Position numbers and translations under genes: made by a program. The notes beneath the pieces are model-generated. The model saw only the letters and a list, made by a program, of their open reading frames with translations, was not told the origin of the DNA and did no database searches. From Lytechinus pictus (taxonomy: Eukaryota), in contig NC_087247.1 in the NCBI RefSeq assembly GCF_037042905.1, positions 75,454,001 through 75,518,000 on the forward strand: a stretch of 64,000 nucleotides of DNA. Direction: 5' to 3'. This document shows positions 27,601-42,600 of the stretch, piece after piece (the stretch's first letter is position 1; each line of letters opens with the position of its first letter).

Positions 27601-30600
27601 CATTTTTGTCCTCAGCTTTTTTAGATTTTTTTAATTTTAACTATAATCCAGTGCAATATTTGCAATTTTGCTTTCAGGCTCATATTTCATCATTTTTTAC
27701 AGTTCTGTGCTCATCCATGTACAAGCCCCATAGGTACTGTACAGCATGCCAGGCTGAGAAGACCTATCGAGTAATGGCGGCCCGTTCTCCGCGTAATCAC
27801 AGCTATTTGACGAAGTACGCCCTCTAGCATTATTAGCATATATCTTTATATGAGGTGCCATGAGCCTAATTACATCAGGCGGGCTAAAGATATTCATTCG
27901 ACCCAACCCATTCGAAATTTTTCAATTTGATATTGCTGATTGACAAAAATGTATGAATATGATTCAAAATCTAACACTGATTCTAGAAATGGTAACTACT
28001 GAACTTCCTTTGCCCAAATTGGGAAGATTTATCAATGATTTGACACTTTTTTTTGACTGGCGGAAGAATTGGGGCTATTTTACTGTTTCAGTTGATGAAT
28101 TTGATCCCATCATAGTTATCTTCATAAATGGCGATTTATTTTTAAAATGAGCTGGCTACGATACACTTCTCTGGTCAGATATGGAATGTCAGATATATAT
28201 CCTATCCAAAGGTAGTAAACATTCGACCCTCTAATTTCACATTTATTTTTTATGAATTTTTCTTAAGTGCCATTTTAACACACAAGTCTAAGGGTGCCAT
28301 GAGCCTTATTACATCAGGAGGGCTTAAGATATTCGTTCGACCCAACCCATTCAAATTTTTCTCAATTTGATGTTGCTGATTGACAAAAATGTATGAATAT
28401 GATTCAAAATCTAACACTGATTCTAGAAATGGTAACTACTGAACTTCCTTTGCCCAAATTGGGAAGACAAATAAGTGAATTGGAACTATTTTTTGACTGG
28501 CGGACTAATTAGGGCTATTTTACTGTTTCAGTCGATGAATTTGATCCATTCATAGTTATCTTCATAAATGGCGATTTATTTTTAAAATGAGCTGGCTACG
28601 GTACCCTTTCCTGGTCAGATATGAAATGCCAGATATATATCCTATCCAATGATAGTAAACATTCCACCCTCTAATTTCACATTTATTTTTTATGAATTTT
28701 TCAAAAGTGCCATTTTAACACAAGTCTATGGGGAATGTTTTACGCGCGTGACACCTTTAAGTAATATGGGAAATCCCTAGTAGTGGATGGAATACCTGGC
28801 CAAACTCTTCAGTAGCAAACAATTTCTCACTGATATCAATATGTTTAGTCATCAAGTGGTGAAAAAAATTGATTTAATGGCTAGCAAGGCCATATCAGGT
28901 AAAGTTAGTAGGTCTGTGTATATGTAAGCCTAGGAATGTATGTAGACTGGTCAATGTATAGAGAGTCTATGCCTCTTTATGTTCTAATTCATCACTGTTT
29001 TGTGTTAGTGTACATCACCTACTTAATGTCAGAAAGACCTTTACAAATTGCTCATGTTAAAGGAAGGGGGTAGAGAGGAGATAGAACTTTTAGAACTTTA
29101 CTGAAGAGGACTAGGGTGGTACCTTCAAGAAGGTATTTAGAAAAAGGCACATAGTAAGGTAAGGTATCTAATAGTGCTCAACTAAGGAGGGAGGGGGGGG
29201 GGGTGGCTGTGTGATCCAATCTTAGTCTAGCCCCCCCCCCCCCCCTCTTTATAAGCCATGCCATCTATGAAATTATCTTTCTTTCTCTCTCTTTCTATCT
29301 ATTTATGTATCTCTTCCTTCTTACATCTGAGAGGCAATAGCCCTATAGAAGATTTTGTTATAATAGGTCAAATGCAAATGTACCAAAGTAGTATGATCTC
29401 ATTATTTTATTGTTTCCTCATTCAATCTCATGTATATCTGGTAATTATGTTTGGGGGCAGTTCTGGTATCCTGATATCTACACAAAATTTACATACACCT
29501 TTATATTACAATATATTACAATTAATATGGACCTATTGTCATTGCATTCACTTTTGGGCTGTATGCAGGTAGGATATGTATACATCCATATAGTGAATAT
29601 AACATGTATGAGTAACACATTAAAATGGGTCATTGCATAGAAAATAGGCATTTTCAATGCATTTCTTTGTGCGATTGTGAGTGTACAGATATAAAAGAAG
29701 AGCAAAGGAGCTATTCAAAAAAAAAAATTCATAGGTCATATAATATAGGTGCCATGAGCCTAATTACATCAGGAGGGCTTAAGATATTCGTTCGACCCAA
29801 CCCATTCAAATTTTTTCTCAATTTGATGTTGCTGATTGACAAAAATGTATGAATATGATTCAAAATCTAACACTGATTCTAGAAATGGTAACTACTGAAC
29901 TTCCTTTGCCCAAATTGGGAAGATAAATAAGTGAATTGGAACTATTTTTGACTGGCGGACTAATTAGGGCTATTTTACTGTTTCAGTTGATGAATTTGAT
30001 CAATTCATAGTTATCTTCATAAATGGCGATTTATTTTTAAAATGAGCTGGCTACGGTACCCTTTCCTGGTCAGATATGAAATGCCAGATATATATCCTAT
30101 CCAATAGTAGTAAACATTCCACCCTCTAATTTCACATTTATTTTTTATGAATTTTTCAAAAGTGCCATTTTAACACACAAGTCTATGGGGAATGTTTTAC
30201 GCGCGTGACACCTATGGGGAATGTTTTACGCGCGTGACACCATGAATTATACTCACCTAAACCTCTTCTGTGTGTCGCCCTCTAGAGACAGACCTTCATC
30301 ATTGATGGTGAGGGTTCTTTCTATGGAACGGAAATAGTTCAACACACTCAGGCACTGTAATAAAGCAATACAAATATAATATCAGTGTATGCATTAAAGG
30401 GTTCTATGACAATTGCTTCACAGTTAATTAATCTTAAATTACTCTTAAGAAACCTGACCCCAAACCTAACCAGAACCCAAATTCTATATCTATGTTCTCC
30501 TGATACCAAAATATAACACAAAGTCTTCCAAAGATTCAAAGCAAGTTATGTTTTGTCATCTGAATACATGAATCACTGTGATGAGAACATGATTAGAGAT

Positions 30601-33600
30601 GAACCTCTCAGGGGCTTTGAATGATCTAATCTTAATTTTGAGTCATTTTTTTCCAATAGTCATATTATCAAAGATATCACACAAATTTCAGATTATTGAT
30701 TAAAGAATTGTGGTTGCTTGATTGAGAGTTGTGCTTGTTAACACAAAAGCAATTAATCGAATTGGTCATTCAGCATAATTAGAAATTTGCCATCTCTTAT
30801 CTCTTGACATTTATTGATAATCAAAATATGACTGATTGAAAATACTTGTACAATGCCAATGATAGTACTTACAGTCCTTTGTAGATCTCTGATTCTAAGA
30901 TGACGAAGATACAGATATGAGAGATAGCCTCCTTGTACCATGGTAGGATCCTGTTGACTACTACTATCATCTTCAAGACCAAGCTTCTGTAATGCATCAG
31001 CAAATGTAAACTCATTCTCTTCACCTTTCTTCTTAAGTCTACGAGATGTTGCACTACCAGCACGTGAACCTGTACCATAGGTCATAGTGTTAACATCCTT
31101 TTCCTCAAACTCCATCACAGCCATGTCTTCCTCTTGCCCCGTACTGGTACAAACAACAAAAAGAAAAAAAAAAACTTTCCAAATTGAAATTTAACAAACT
31201 TAAGAAAAATTTTGTCTGAATAATACATAGGCAAACCTTATTTATAACAAAACGATTTTTGTTGGCAGTGAAGACTTATTTTTCACCATGTGATTTGTCC
31301 GGAAAGAAATGGTAGAATGATAAGAAATTGTGAGAAATGAAAATGCGACAGACAGAGTAGAAAATAGAAAGGTAAGAAATAGATAGTAAAAATTTGTCAT
31401 GAACAATTTCATTAAAAAGACAACAGATCTTGATTTAAACAAACTTTAATTTGTTAAAGAGATCACTAGAAAAGTATTTACATTTCAAACAGCTCTGGAT
31501 TACAATAGATCTTCCTCCATATTGTGTTAGTATTATAAGCTGTCCTGTGTGATGTTACAGATGCTGATTGGTAGTTTGATGGTTCTCTTACTGATATAGC
31601 ATGGGCTCGAAGGGTATCCATCACTTTCTGTAATAAATAGGACAATATCATTAACTTCTTAAAGCAATAACATGTAATGCCTCTGGCATGGATGATGTAT
31701 TTTAAATCCATATCAGCAAATACAGTTCGAATATTCACAAAAGGAATAAGAATTGATATAGTACATCTAAAAGTGGCAAAATGGCCACAATATTTGAGTG
31801 AAAATTAAATTAGGCAAAAGATCAAACAATTTTAAGATCATAAATAAACTATCATGAATGGGTCTCACCAATATAAACATAACAGTGGTGTATTGGAGTG
31901 TGCAATATAAATAATTTGCAAATATGATTTTATCAAACTGATGACAAAATATCAAACCATCTTACCACAAAGTCTGTAACTGAGATGAAACGTGACTGAG
32001 CTCTCAGTAGTTCATCAATACTATTCCTCTGTCTTAATTTCATCATCATCTTCTCTTGCTTGGGATCTTTCTCAGGCCTATTAAATGTATTATAAAACTT
32101 TTTACATAAAATTCAATTTTAAAAAGTCTGTACCTGAATAACCAAATAAAAGGTGATATTGTAAACAAGGTAATAAAGGTGAATTTTACACAAAAATACA
32201 ATTTAATTATATCAAACAAAGTGCTTTAAGTACATGTAGAACTTATCATTATCATTTATTCATCATATCTTATCAAACTATGTGTAATATATCTCCACAA
32301 TAGTTATTTGCTTAAAAAATTAATATATCACTATATTCATTTCTCAAAATAAAAATCTCACTCATATGTATGTAGTTTTAGCAGTCAATTGAGAAATTTA
32401 CATGAAAGACCACAACCTTCTTCACTTTGCGAAAAACCATGACATTAATTTGTGGTAATATAAATACTTTCATACTTGAGCTTGATAAACTGTGTCCAGT
32501 TGCTCTCCTTGAGTAAGGCGTGTGATGATGTATCTGCTCCCCAAGATTCATTGCCAGTCTGTAAAGGGATTGTTATATACTAGTATCATATTTAGTAGGA
32601 TTAAATATTGTTATGCATGTGAGGGACCAATGTTTAAAACCTGTTTGGAGTAAAGTAATTTCTCCAACACTTTTCTTCCATCACGATTATTAAGAAATTA
32701 ATTTTGTATAAAAAATGAATGCTGAGTGACAAAAAAAAATCTAAGCTATAATCAAACAGTTACTGTGTTTAATGTATAAAATTAATTTTATTTAAATACA
32801 ATGATATCAGTACAGCTAGATTGGCAAGGGAGGACTGGAAACTGAGGCAGTCTCTTCTGATTTTTCATTCATTTTTCTCTCACTATATATATTAAACTGT
32901 ATCAATCTGTCTTGGGTTATAGCAAATTTTCTGCATTACACAATTCTTGCACATTAAAAAGTCATAGCAACACACTTCATACTTGCCTCTAACTTGTCAT
33001 AGGTTGGGAAAGTTTTCTGTTGCTCTTGTCTTGTAAAGTTTGACTTAAACTTGCGAGTGACGATGGATATGAGTTCCATCTCATCAGATCCACTCTCCAT
33101 GTCATCAAGATTCTAAAGAAAAAAAAAAGAATAAATTAATGAAATAATCACATCATGTAGATGTACAGATTACATATGTTTATTAAAACCAATGATACAT
33201 TTAAGCATTGTCAAGTATATTGACCAATATTTTTTGGATGTTGTTTTTTATGGTATAGTATAATTTCTAATTAGAGGGGCTTCTTATGGCTTACAAAGTA
33301 TCATTTATGGACTGCTATAGTTACAAATCTGGCTTATTACACTATCTATTGAAAATGTGTTTGTTTCTCTTACACGGTGGAATCGTACAGTGTGCAACAA
33401 AAGTCACAATTAATTAAATTCTATTATTAAATTGTGACACAGTTGAACTATCAATATGTGATAAATCATGAACTAAACGAATTAATAATAATAATATGTC
33501 CATTTATATAGCGCAGTTACTATGTGCATATACTCAACTGCGCTTTGATACTTGGTTTCATATTATTACCCCAGCTGTAGCTAAGCCGTCATATTAATAG

Positions 33601-36600
33601 GCACTAAAGCGTTCAAGAAATATCCTACCTGGTACCCATTCATCCCAACTGGGTTGAGTGCAGCACAATGTGGATAAATGTCTTGCCGAAGGAAATTACG
33701 CCATGGCTAGGATTCGAACCCACAACCCTCTGTTTCAAAGTCCAGAGACTAATCCACTGGGCCAAAACGCTCCACAAGATCTAAGAATTTAGATCTAAGT
33801 TGACTTGGCCCAGATCTGCATCACCTAGATTTACCCCACAGATTCGGAATACGGCAACTGATTGATAATCAGATATTGTTATTTGTTTAACTATTTTCTT
33901 CAAGAAGTGATCATTTTAACCTAGTATTCTTACCATGTGTACTGAATAGCATGCCATGAGAAACTCAAGGACAGGTTTAAAATCCTCTAGATTGAGCAGA
34001 TGACATGGAATCCCCATTGTAGCACTATTAGATGCTGGTCCTCCACCTAACATGAGAACAACAAACATTAACTCTTTGAGCCTTTGTGTTTAACAACAAA
34101 GTAAAACACATCATACATGCAAATAACACATAATGAAGAATAAGATAATACCACTAGTGTGACATATCAACCAAAGAAAAGATATTTATTGATACATTAT
34201 TTATAATCAATCATTTAATGAAAGACTAATCATTATAGTATTTTGCAAGTAATCAATAATTGAGGTGTGAAATTGGAATGAAAATGTACATGGATGACAC
34301 AAATAATTTACAAATTTCAAGTCAAAACCCTACCCTTATCAACTCCGTCACAGCCTAAGCACAAAATAAAAAGATCGAAGTTGAACAAGCCGAACGCCTC
34401 TTGCAAGCCTCACTTGCACTTTGTGATACCATATAGCAGCAGTGCCGACTTTGAAAACAACTAATATGAACACATTTCATACTGAGCTCATTGACAATAA
34501 ATGACCTTTGACCTTAATCACGTGACCTGAAACTTGTGTAAAATGATCAGTGATACTTGATTACCCTTATGTCCATGTTTTATGCAATAAATCTATTGAT
34601 TTCTGAAGTTAAAATACCCTTTAAAAAGTTAACTTTGGTTAAGTTTTTCAATTTTTGTGCCACAACATAGTCAAAGTAAATTGAACCTTTTTGAAACCTT
34701 TGCCTTTAACCTTGGTCATGTGACCTGAAACTGGTGCAAGTCATTCAGTGAAACTTGCATACCCTTCTGTCTAATTTTCATGACCTAGGTCCATATACTT
34801 TCTAAGTTATAACAACATTAAAAAAAACTTAACCTTGGTTAAAATTTCAATGTTATGATGGCGTCGCTGTTGGAGAGGCAGCGCATAAAGTTTTGCTCTG
34901 CTATGTAGGCAAGACAAAAACCATATAAATTGCCCAGTGAGGGTAGAATTATAATCTATGAGTATGAATGAGATGAAATGAATGAATGTACCTGCCGCAG
35001 CAGCTGCTGCAGCTCCCTGTGGAGTATTGGTGATGGTATTAGTACTCATGACATTAACAGATGATGATAGGAGTGATCCACCTACATCATCTATCCCACC
35101 GCTGTCATTTCTCTCCTTTATACTTTCTAACATAGATGTCTGACCAGGAGAGGGAGCAACAGATACTTCACCTACAAAGAAAAATCAGGTAGGATCTAAT
35201 CATCAAGGAATTAGCAATGAAAACAATGATCATGGCTCTATGATAAGTCGGTCTGCTCTGATGCTTTTTTGTATTCTTCTGGACCAAAAGAAACTATGAA
35301 CACATAATGGAGCAGTAGGAAATGACACAAGAATGATCATGATGATGATAACTATCATACAGTATCGCTCGAAATAAAGTTGACAGATAACGCACGTGAA
35401 ACGCGCTAACCGATGTGGGTCTGACTATCGCAATATTCACGCGCGTGAACGTCAGGCCAGTCTGTGGCAGATATCGCCGTGTTCTTGCCGGTGATTCGGC
35501 GCACGGCCACGGCCGCGAACTACTGTCTCGAGCTGCGATAATTATCGCGATAGGACTCCAATCAGCGAACCTTTTCTATATCATTCGCCAAGATTGTGGG
35601 CATAGATTATTTCTTTGAATTACATTTTCGATAACTGATTGGCTTGGAAAACAACTCACATGTAGCGATCAGTGGAATCGCTCTGCTTTAGAATAAGAAT
35701 CTAGAATCTATTCGGCCGCGCATCACATGCCTGGCCAGGCCATCGCCAGCAAACAATTTTGGTTCCTGGCCTCAGTTCTCCGCCGTACGCGCGCGCGTGC
35801 GAAATGAAATGGGTTGATAGACGCTGACTACGAGTTTGTATGCCAGCGCAGCTGTCCCAAGCAAAGTACTTAAATTGTTAACGTTGAAATAAATTACTCA
35901 CAATCGTCCCTCAGACCATGGACCTATTACATGCTCAGACCCAACCAATAATTATCCATTTTGTTTCTTCCTTCTCCAGCTCTAGCTAGGGTCCGAGTAT
36001 CTGCCTGATGTTGACTCTTTGCTGGCTGAGCCAAATCTCAAGGCCCGTATTTAGAGTCACATAGCTTTTTGCATCATTATTATTACTACCACTACTATTA
36101 TTTCTATTATCATTATTATCATAATCATCGATGTTATCATTAATTCTACCACTATACCGGTTTTTTTTTTTCTAATGAGACCCGAGCCCTATAATGGATT
36201 GATTTAACTTGCGTGCAATTACACGAATAAAGCTAAGAATTACCAAAATATGGACCTCTTAAGTGTTAAAAAATAGATTTAGTGATTTTGTTTCAAGCAT
36301 GATAATTGTTTTGAGGGAATATCACATAATTTACCTCCCTATAATTCTCTCTTTTCTTCCTATTTCTCCACCTACTATGATCCCCGTTATGATAATTTTG
36401 TGTTCATTCATTAATAGAGAGTATACTGAAAGAAAGAATAGAAAAACACAATTACAATTATTATTATTTGCAGCTCATCAGTACGATGCAGCATTAACTT
36501 AAGCTTACGTTTGAAACAATAATTGAGTGAATAATTCGTCGAATTAGGCAGTCTTTAAATCAGTTTTCTGAGTAACTTACGTGATGACAGTGATGGTTAT

Positions 36601-39600
36601 TATGATCGTGATGACAGTGATGGGTATTATGATCGTGATGATGATATCGAAAAGAAAGGTAATGACGGTGATCATGATGGTGATGATTGTGATTGTAATC
36701 CTAACGATGATGGCAATGACAAGAATGGTGATGATGATAATTATAATGTTGAGATTATGATGATGGTAATAATGATCTTAATAATTGATCATTAGAATTA
36801 TGAAATAATCCCGAGAATAGCAATAATAGTGATGATCATGGGCGGCGGATCAGAAGATAATATTTTGCGATAGGGGACAAATATTGATGCACCCTATATG
36901 AACATAGGATATATCCCCTGCTTCGGCCCCCTCGGTGATGATTAATTAATGTTTTATGATGTTGACGGTGATAATGATAGTGATGAAGGTGCCGAGAATA
37001 ATTATGATAATAATCCTAAAAGTTTGATGATTACAATAATTATATGTCAATGATGATTATGGCAATGGTGATGACATGGCAGTGGGGAGGGGGCATGTAT
37101 GCATTTTTTTTTTTTTTTGAGATTCCATTTGAAAATTAAAGGTAAGTCCTATACTGAACAGTTTCACCGCGTGTTTCTCACCAAGGCGAACTTCTATACT
37201 TCAAGCTATCGGTAATTACAGAGCTGCAACTCTCCAGTTGGTTCGGGATTCCACCCATGAACCTCAAACAGTGAACGAATGAACAATAACCAGGTAACAT
37301 AATGGCATACGATGTCAATGGACAAAATTTTCTCCTTATGTCTATTTATCGTAAGGTTTCCATTACAGTGAGGCAAACATTATTTTGATTACATGGTGAC
37401 TTCTTAAAAGTTGCCTAAGACTAAGTGTGGGATTTTTAAGGGGAAGGAAACACGCTGCATGGATTTTCTCCAAGAAACGTGATTTTTGAAACTTGTAAGA
37501 ATGATGGTTTTTTGGTAGGACTACATTTTTCAAAATTTGAAAGAAAAATTGAATTTTAGGCTTGAAAGAAGGTTAAAAAGAAGAGGATTTGTTTTCACAA
37601 TTAGGTAATTGGCTGATCTACTTTTCCACTCCTGTCCTTCCGAGCTAGCATGTACACCCTTTACATGATGTCCTGATCCTTACTCTTAACCTAACAATAG
37701 ATATCGATTGACCTATATATCTTTATAAACCACATCCGGTATAACGTATGCATCCACACATTTGCTAAGAATTTGATGTCCGACTTTGTACTCGACCCCC
37801 CCCCCCCCCCCATAAACAGAAAATTCCGCGATTTACCCCCAAGTTTAATCCTGGCCAGGCATTACTTTTTAGTACCAGAAGAAAGTACTAATTAGTTCAA
37901 ATGCCCGTAAAAGAATAACAATAAAATAAGCAGAGAACGAAATAAACGAAAATCCCTACTCCACAACCTGAGCCTATATAGAAATAGAAAGGCTCTGCCA
38001 AAGATCAGGCAAAAACAGAACTTGTTCTTGTACTTTGTAGTTGTACAAGTGACTAGACCCTTTCACTCCAGTCGAGATGGCGGTGGATCTACCGAGTACC
38101 GGTACCGGTAGGCGGTACATTACAGTCAACGGGCTCAACGCGTGTGCAGCCGTCCGGACTTGGAAGTTGTGTTAAACAATTCCACGGCACGCACAAAATT
38201 TACAATTTGAAGCCAGCCCTAGGAGAAATATACCAAAATCGCAAACAAACACATATTTCTAATACCGGTATAAACAAAACTTCAATGCATGAGCGATTGC
38301 GGCCCTTTATGTGATAGTCGCTTCCCTGTCTCCAAGACAGTAGTTGGATCTAATTTTAATAGATAGACACGAGTCTTAATATGGTATCTGCAAAATGCAA
38401 ATAAAAAATCAATGCAGTCGAGCCATAATTTGAAAATTACGAGGAAATTAATTACGAGCAATTAAGTCAAATATATTAGCGTTCAGAAAATGTTGAATAC
38501 CTTCAGAGCCCAGGGGGGGGGGGTGTTCTCACGAAATAAGGCATACGGGGATGTGCCGCTGGAATGGGTCGCTTTTTTGTTGTTGAAGAAATCCCTAAAC
38601 GTGGGGTTTAGTTTTATGCTGGAAATTCCCTAAACATGGCCCTAATTTTTAGATACTGGCCTTAAACATGGGTCCATATTCTCCATTTTTTTTTTTGGGG
38701 GGGGAGGGGTTCAAATTTTAATAAATCCCTAATAATGGGTACCTTTTAGCCGAAATGACCCCGAGTGGGTATTGGTTTTGAACCTTCAGCCGCACACCCC
38801 CGTCCCCCGATGTAGAGGCAGAGGAAACGTTGAAACGAATAGAAAGGAAGAGAGTAGTTGGAGCCGAGGTTTGGCACAACGAATGGTGAAAATAAAATAC
38901 AATAGAATATAATAAAAGCCATTTTGTCAGGATTAAAACATGTTCTACGCAACCTTATAATAATAATAAATGTGGACAGTGCATGGGGCCTCAGATCAGC
39001 TTGCATAATAGGTTATACCCCCTGGTTATTTTTCCCGTATTTTATATCCCGCCCGGGGAAGGGGGTCTGATCAGGCCAATATAAATTGTTATTACCCAAC
39101 TGTTGGACCAGCTAGATTTGCACCACGGGGGGGGGGGGGGGGGGGGCTTTAATTAACCAATTTGTCTATACTATAATTTTTTATTATTTATGTTTTATTA
39201 ATAAATCATCACATACCAATCCTTTACATCAAAGTGTTCACAATAAATTTAATGATAAATCATAATTACGAAAGATTGAAGTGATCAGGAAAATAAAGAG
39301 GGGAAAAAAGAGATAGAAGGCAGAGTACATACATATCATTTCTTTTAAACAAAATTATACTATTACTGTAGTCACTTGCATCGCATGTAGGCCTTTTTTT
39401 TATTATAACGTTATTTTTTAAATAAAATTTTGAATAAATAAACTTGAACTTGCTTTTGATACAGTGACCTAAATGTTTTTATAATTGGTTATTTGGCCAA
39501 CCTCTCCTTCCGCCCCCCCCCCCGTTCTGTTTATGTTTCTTTCATTTTTTTTTTATATTCTTTAACAGATCCTTACCTTCCTCTTGCTCTTTCTCCCCTC

Positions 39601-42600
39601 CATCTCCGACTTCTTCTCTGAGTAATCACTTTCTTCATTTCCGCTGACAATGGGGAAGGGGTGCAGCTCCTTTGTCTCCTTACAAGAGGAGTTGCACCCT
39701 GATAGGGCAAAATGTTTTCCTTTTAAGGGAGACCACCCTGATGTGCAAGTTTAATGAAGTGCATACTTTCAAAGTAATGACATTTCAGAAACTTTTTAAA
39801 TTTTGCTGAGATTTGATATAAACGAGACGACACTCAAAACTTCTTTTTCTAAAATCTTGTACCATTATTTGAGAACTCAGATGGCGTATTATCAATAAAT
39901 CATGTCATCGACCTTGGCACTCTTCATCAATACAGCAAATCAGATGATCGATTGATACACGCTTGTAAAAAGTAAAACACATACATTAATTATTTAATTG
40001 ATTTATCCTTTTTTTCTCATAACTGTCTTGAAGATAAAATAGGCGTAATGTTTTTTTATCATGAAGACCATTCAGGGTTAATTCACATTCAAACCGCTAC
40101 GTTTGAGATCTGAGTATAACTTCAATTGAAACGGATTCTTCCTATTGTTGGCTGCTTTGTGATTTTCACACCTTCGTCCATTGTTCTCAAAACGTGCTAG
40201 ACGGCGTAATTGACGAATATTGATCACAGTCAGGTTCAACAGGTCGTAGTAGCTATATAGGGTCATTAACTTCAACCATACACCAACGCTTCTATAACAC
40301 AGTACGTGCAGGCACATTATGGCCCACTCTAGACCGTTGCATGAAATCCCCCGAAATCACTCATTATGCAGTGACTATATTTCTTAGTTCTAAAGGATCA
40401 AGGTATATGAAATATATTTTAATTCCTTTATTAGCACCTCAAAACAATTTTGAAACATGTCCTGATCATTCGTTCATTAATCTGAGATGTTTGTGACTTC
40501 TCTTTTATTTTATTTCTTTTCGCCGTTGACGGAATATGATTGCTTCTTCTATATTTCTTAGAGAATTTATAACGAAAGGTATATACAATATATTTTAACT
40601 CTTAAGCACCTCTCGGCTAAAATAAAAGAGAAGTCACAGACATCTCAGATTAAGGAACGAATGATCAGGACATGTTTCAAAATTGATTTGAGGTGCAAGG
40701 AGTTAAAATATATTTTATATACCTTTTGTTATATAAACTCTCTAAGAAATATAAAGAAACATTCCGACAACGGCAAAAGGAAATAAAATAGAAGTCACAA
40801 ACATCTCAGATTAAGGAACGAATGATCAGGACATGTTTCAAAATTGATTTGTGGTGCAAGGAGTTAAAATATATTTTATATACCTTTCTTTATGAGCCCT
40901 CTATTGGGGTGTTGCAAGAAACATGCGATCAATTGCAAGTCTATTCTTGGTCCCTAAATCAATCATAAGTCTCGTAATTAATTGCAAATTAGTGATTGAT
41001 TGTTAATCTGCTCCTTGAAACAAGAAGTTTAATCTGATTTGCTACAGCTAACGTTGTAAAAATCAGTTGTGAAATTGCAACAGAATATTTGCAATTGAAT
41101 TGCAAATATTTTCTTGCAACACCCCCTAAGAAATATATGTATAAATATGAAACATTATTCCGAAAACGGCAAAAGGAAATTAAATAGAAGTCACAAACAT
41201 CTCAGATTAATGAACGAATGATCAGGACATGTTTCAAAATTGTTTTGAGATACTAAGGAGTTAAAATATAATTTATATATACCTTTCGATGTGAACTCTC
41301 TAAGAAAGATAAATGAAGCACTATTCCGAGAACGGCAAATAAGAAACAAAATAAAAGAGAATTCACAAACATCTCAGATTAATGAACGAATGACCAGGAT
41401 ATGTTTCAAAATTGTTTTGAGGTGCTAAGGAGTTAAAATGTATTTTATATACCTTTTGTTATAAACTCTCTAAGAAATATAAAGAAACATTCCGACAACG
41501 GCAAAAGGAAATAAAATAGAAGTCACAAACATCTCAGATTTAATGAACGAATGATCAGGACATGTTTCAAAATTGTTTTGAGATGCTATAAGGAGTTAAC
41601 ATATATTTTATATACCTTTTGTTATGAACTCTCTAAGAAATATAAAAGAAGCATTATTCTGACAATGGCGAAAAGGAAATGAAATAAAAGAGAAGTCACC
41701 ATGATGTTCCCCCTCTTTTTGTGTTTAAATATCACGCATTGAGCTAATAATGCCCGAGCACAATTATAAAAAAATCCTGTTCGTGTTACCATGATATGAC
41801 CGGGAATTTTTTTGCTCTTGCCCCCCCCCCCCCCCCCCCCGGCGGCCACCGACCCTGGCTGTACGCTGATACGCCCCTGATGGGTAGATCTAGACTATCA
41901 GAAATAAAACTATTAGAATTTAACCAATTATTTTTTTTTTCAATACAAGTGGTCTAACGTTTGAGCGAAATTGACATTTTTCCCCAAAAAAATAAATCAT
42001 AGAGGTTTCCGTTCTTCGCGTGCATAGGAAAGGAAAATGCTTTATTTTGTAGCTTACATCTTGCCTTTCACACTTTGAGCTCTTCTTCGAAATTTCAGAG
42101 CATCTATGTCATTTGCGGGTAGTATTTACTTCTCCCTTGCTGCATAGCATACTCCGGGCTTCTACTCTGTTTTTAGTGCTGCTGAATATTTTTCTATCAA
42201 ATCTGATTATACTAACGTAGGCATTTGTTATCATTTTTCATAATACAATTAAGCATCCGCGCTTAGTACTACACCATCAAAGGGATCTTGAAGACTTGAC
42301 AGAAACAGGGGCGGGATCCAGCTTCCGCAAGTAAGGGGGGGGGGGGTTTAACCAGTTCCCTGAACTGCAGGTAAAAGCTGATTTTTGGTGGTTTCTTTAA
42401 ACAGTTGAAGATGTAGCCGTGATAGTTACTTAAATTGCTTTACTCTTACATGTAACAAGTTCATGGTTGATACTCACAACACAGGGGTACAACACCAGCG
42501 TATTATCTTGTATCCACTGGCGGATCCAGACGGCCCTTGCCCCCCCCCCCCCCCCACTTTCGAGAAGCACCATGAATATTTGTAAATGTAAAAATGCTGT

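Noticed and set aside
36060-37080. Asp/His-rich coding sequence in (GAT/CAT)n tracts (also 17930-18090)
   Set aside because: Degenerate trinucleotide microsatellite with frequent stops and no splice-consistent exon.
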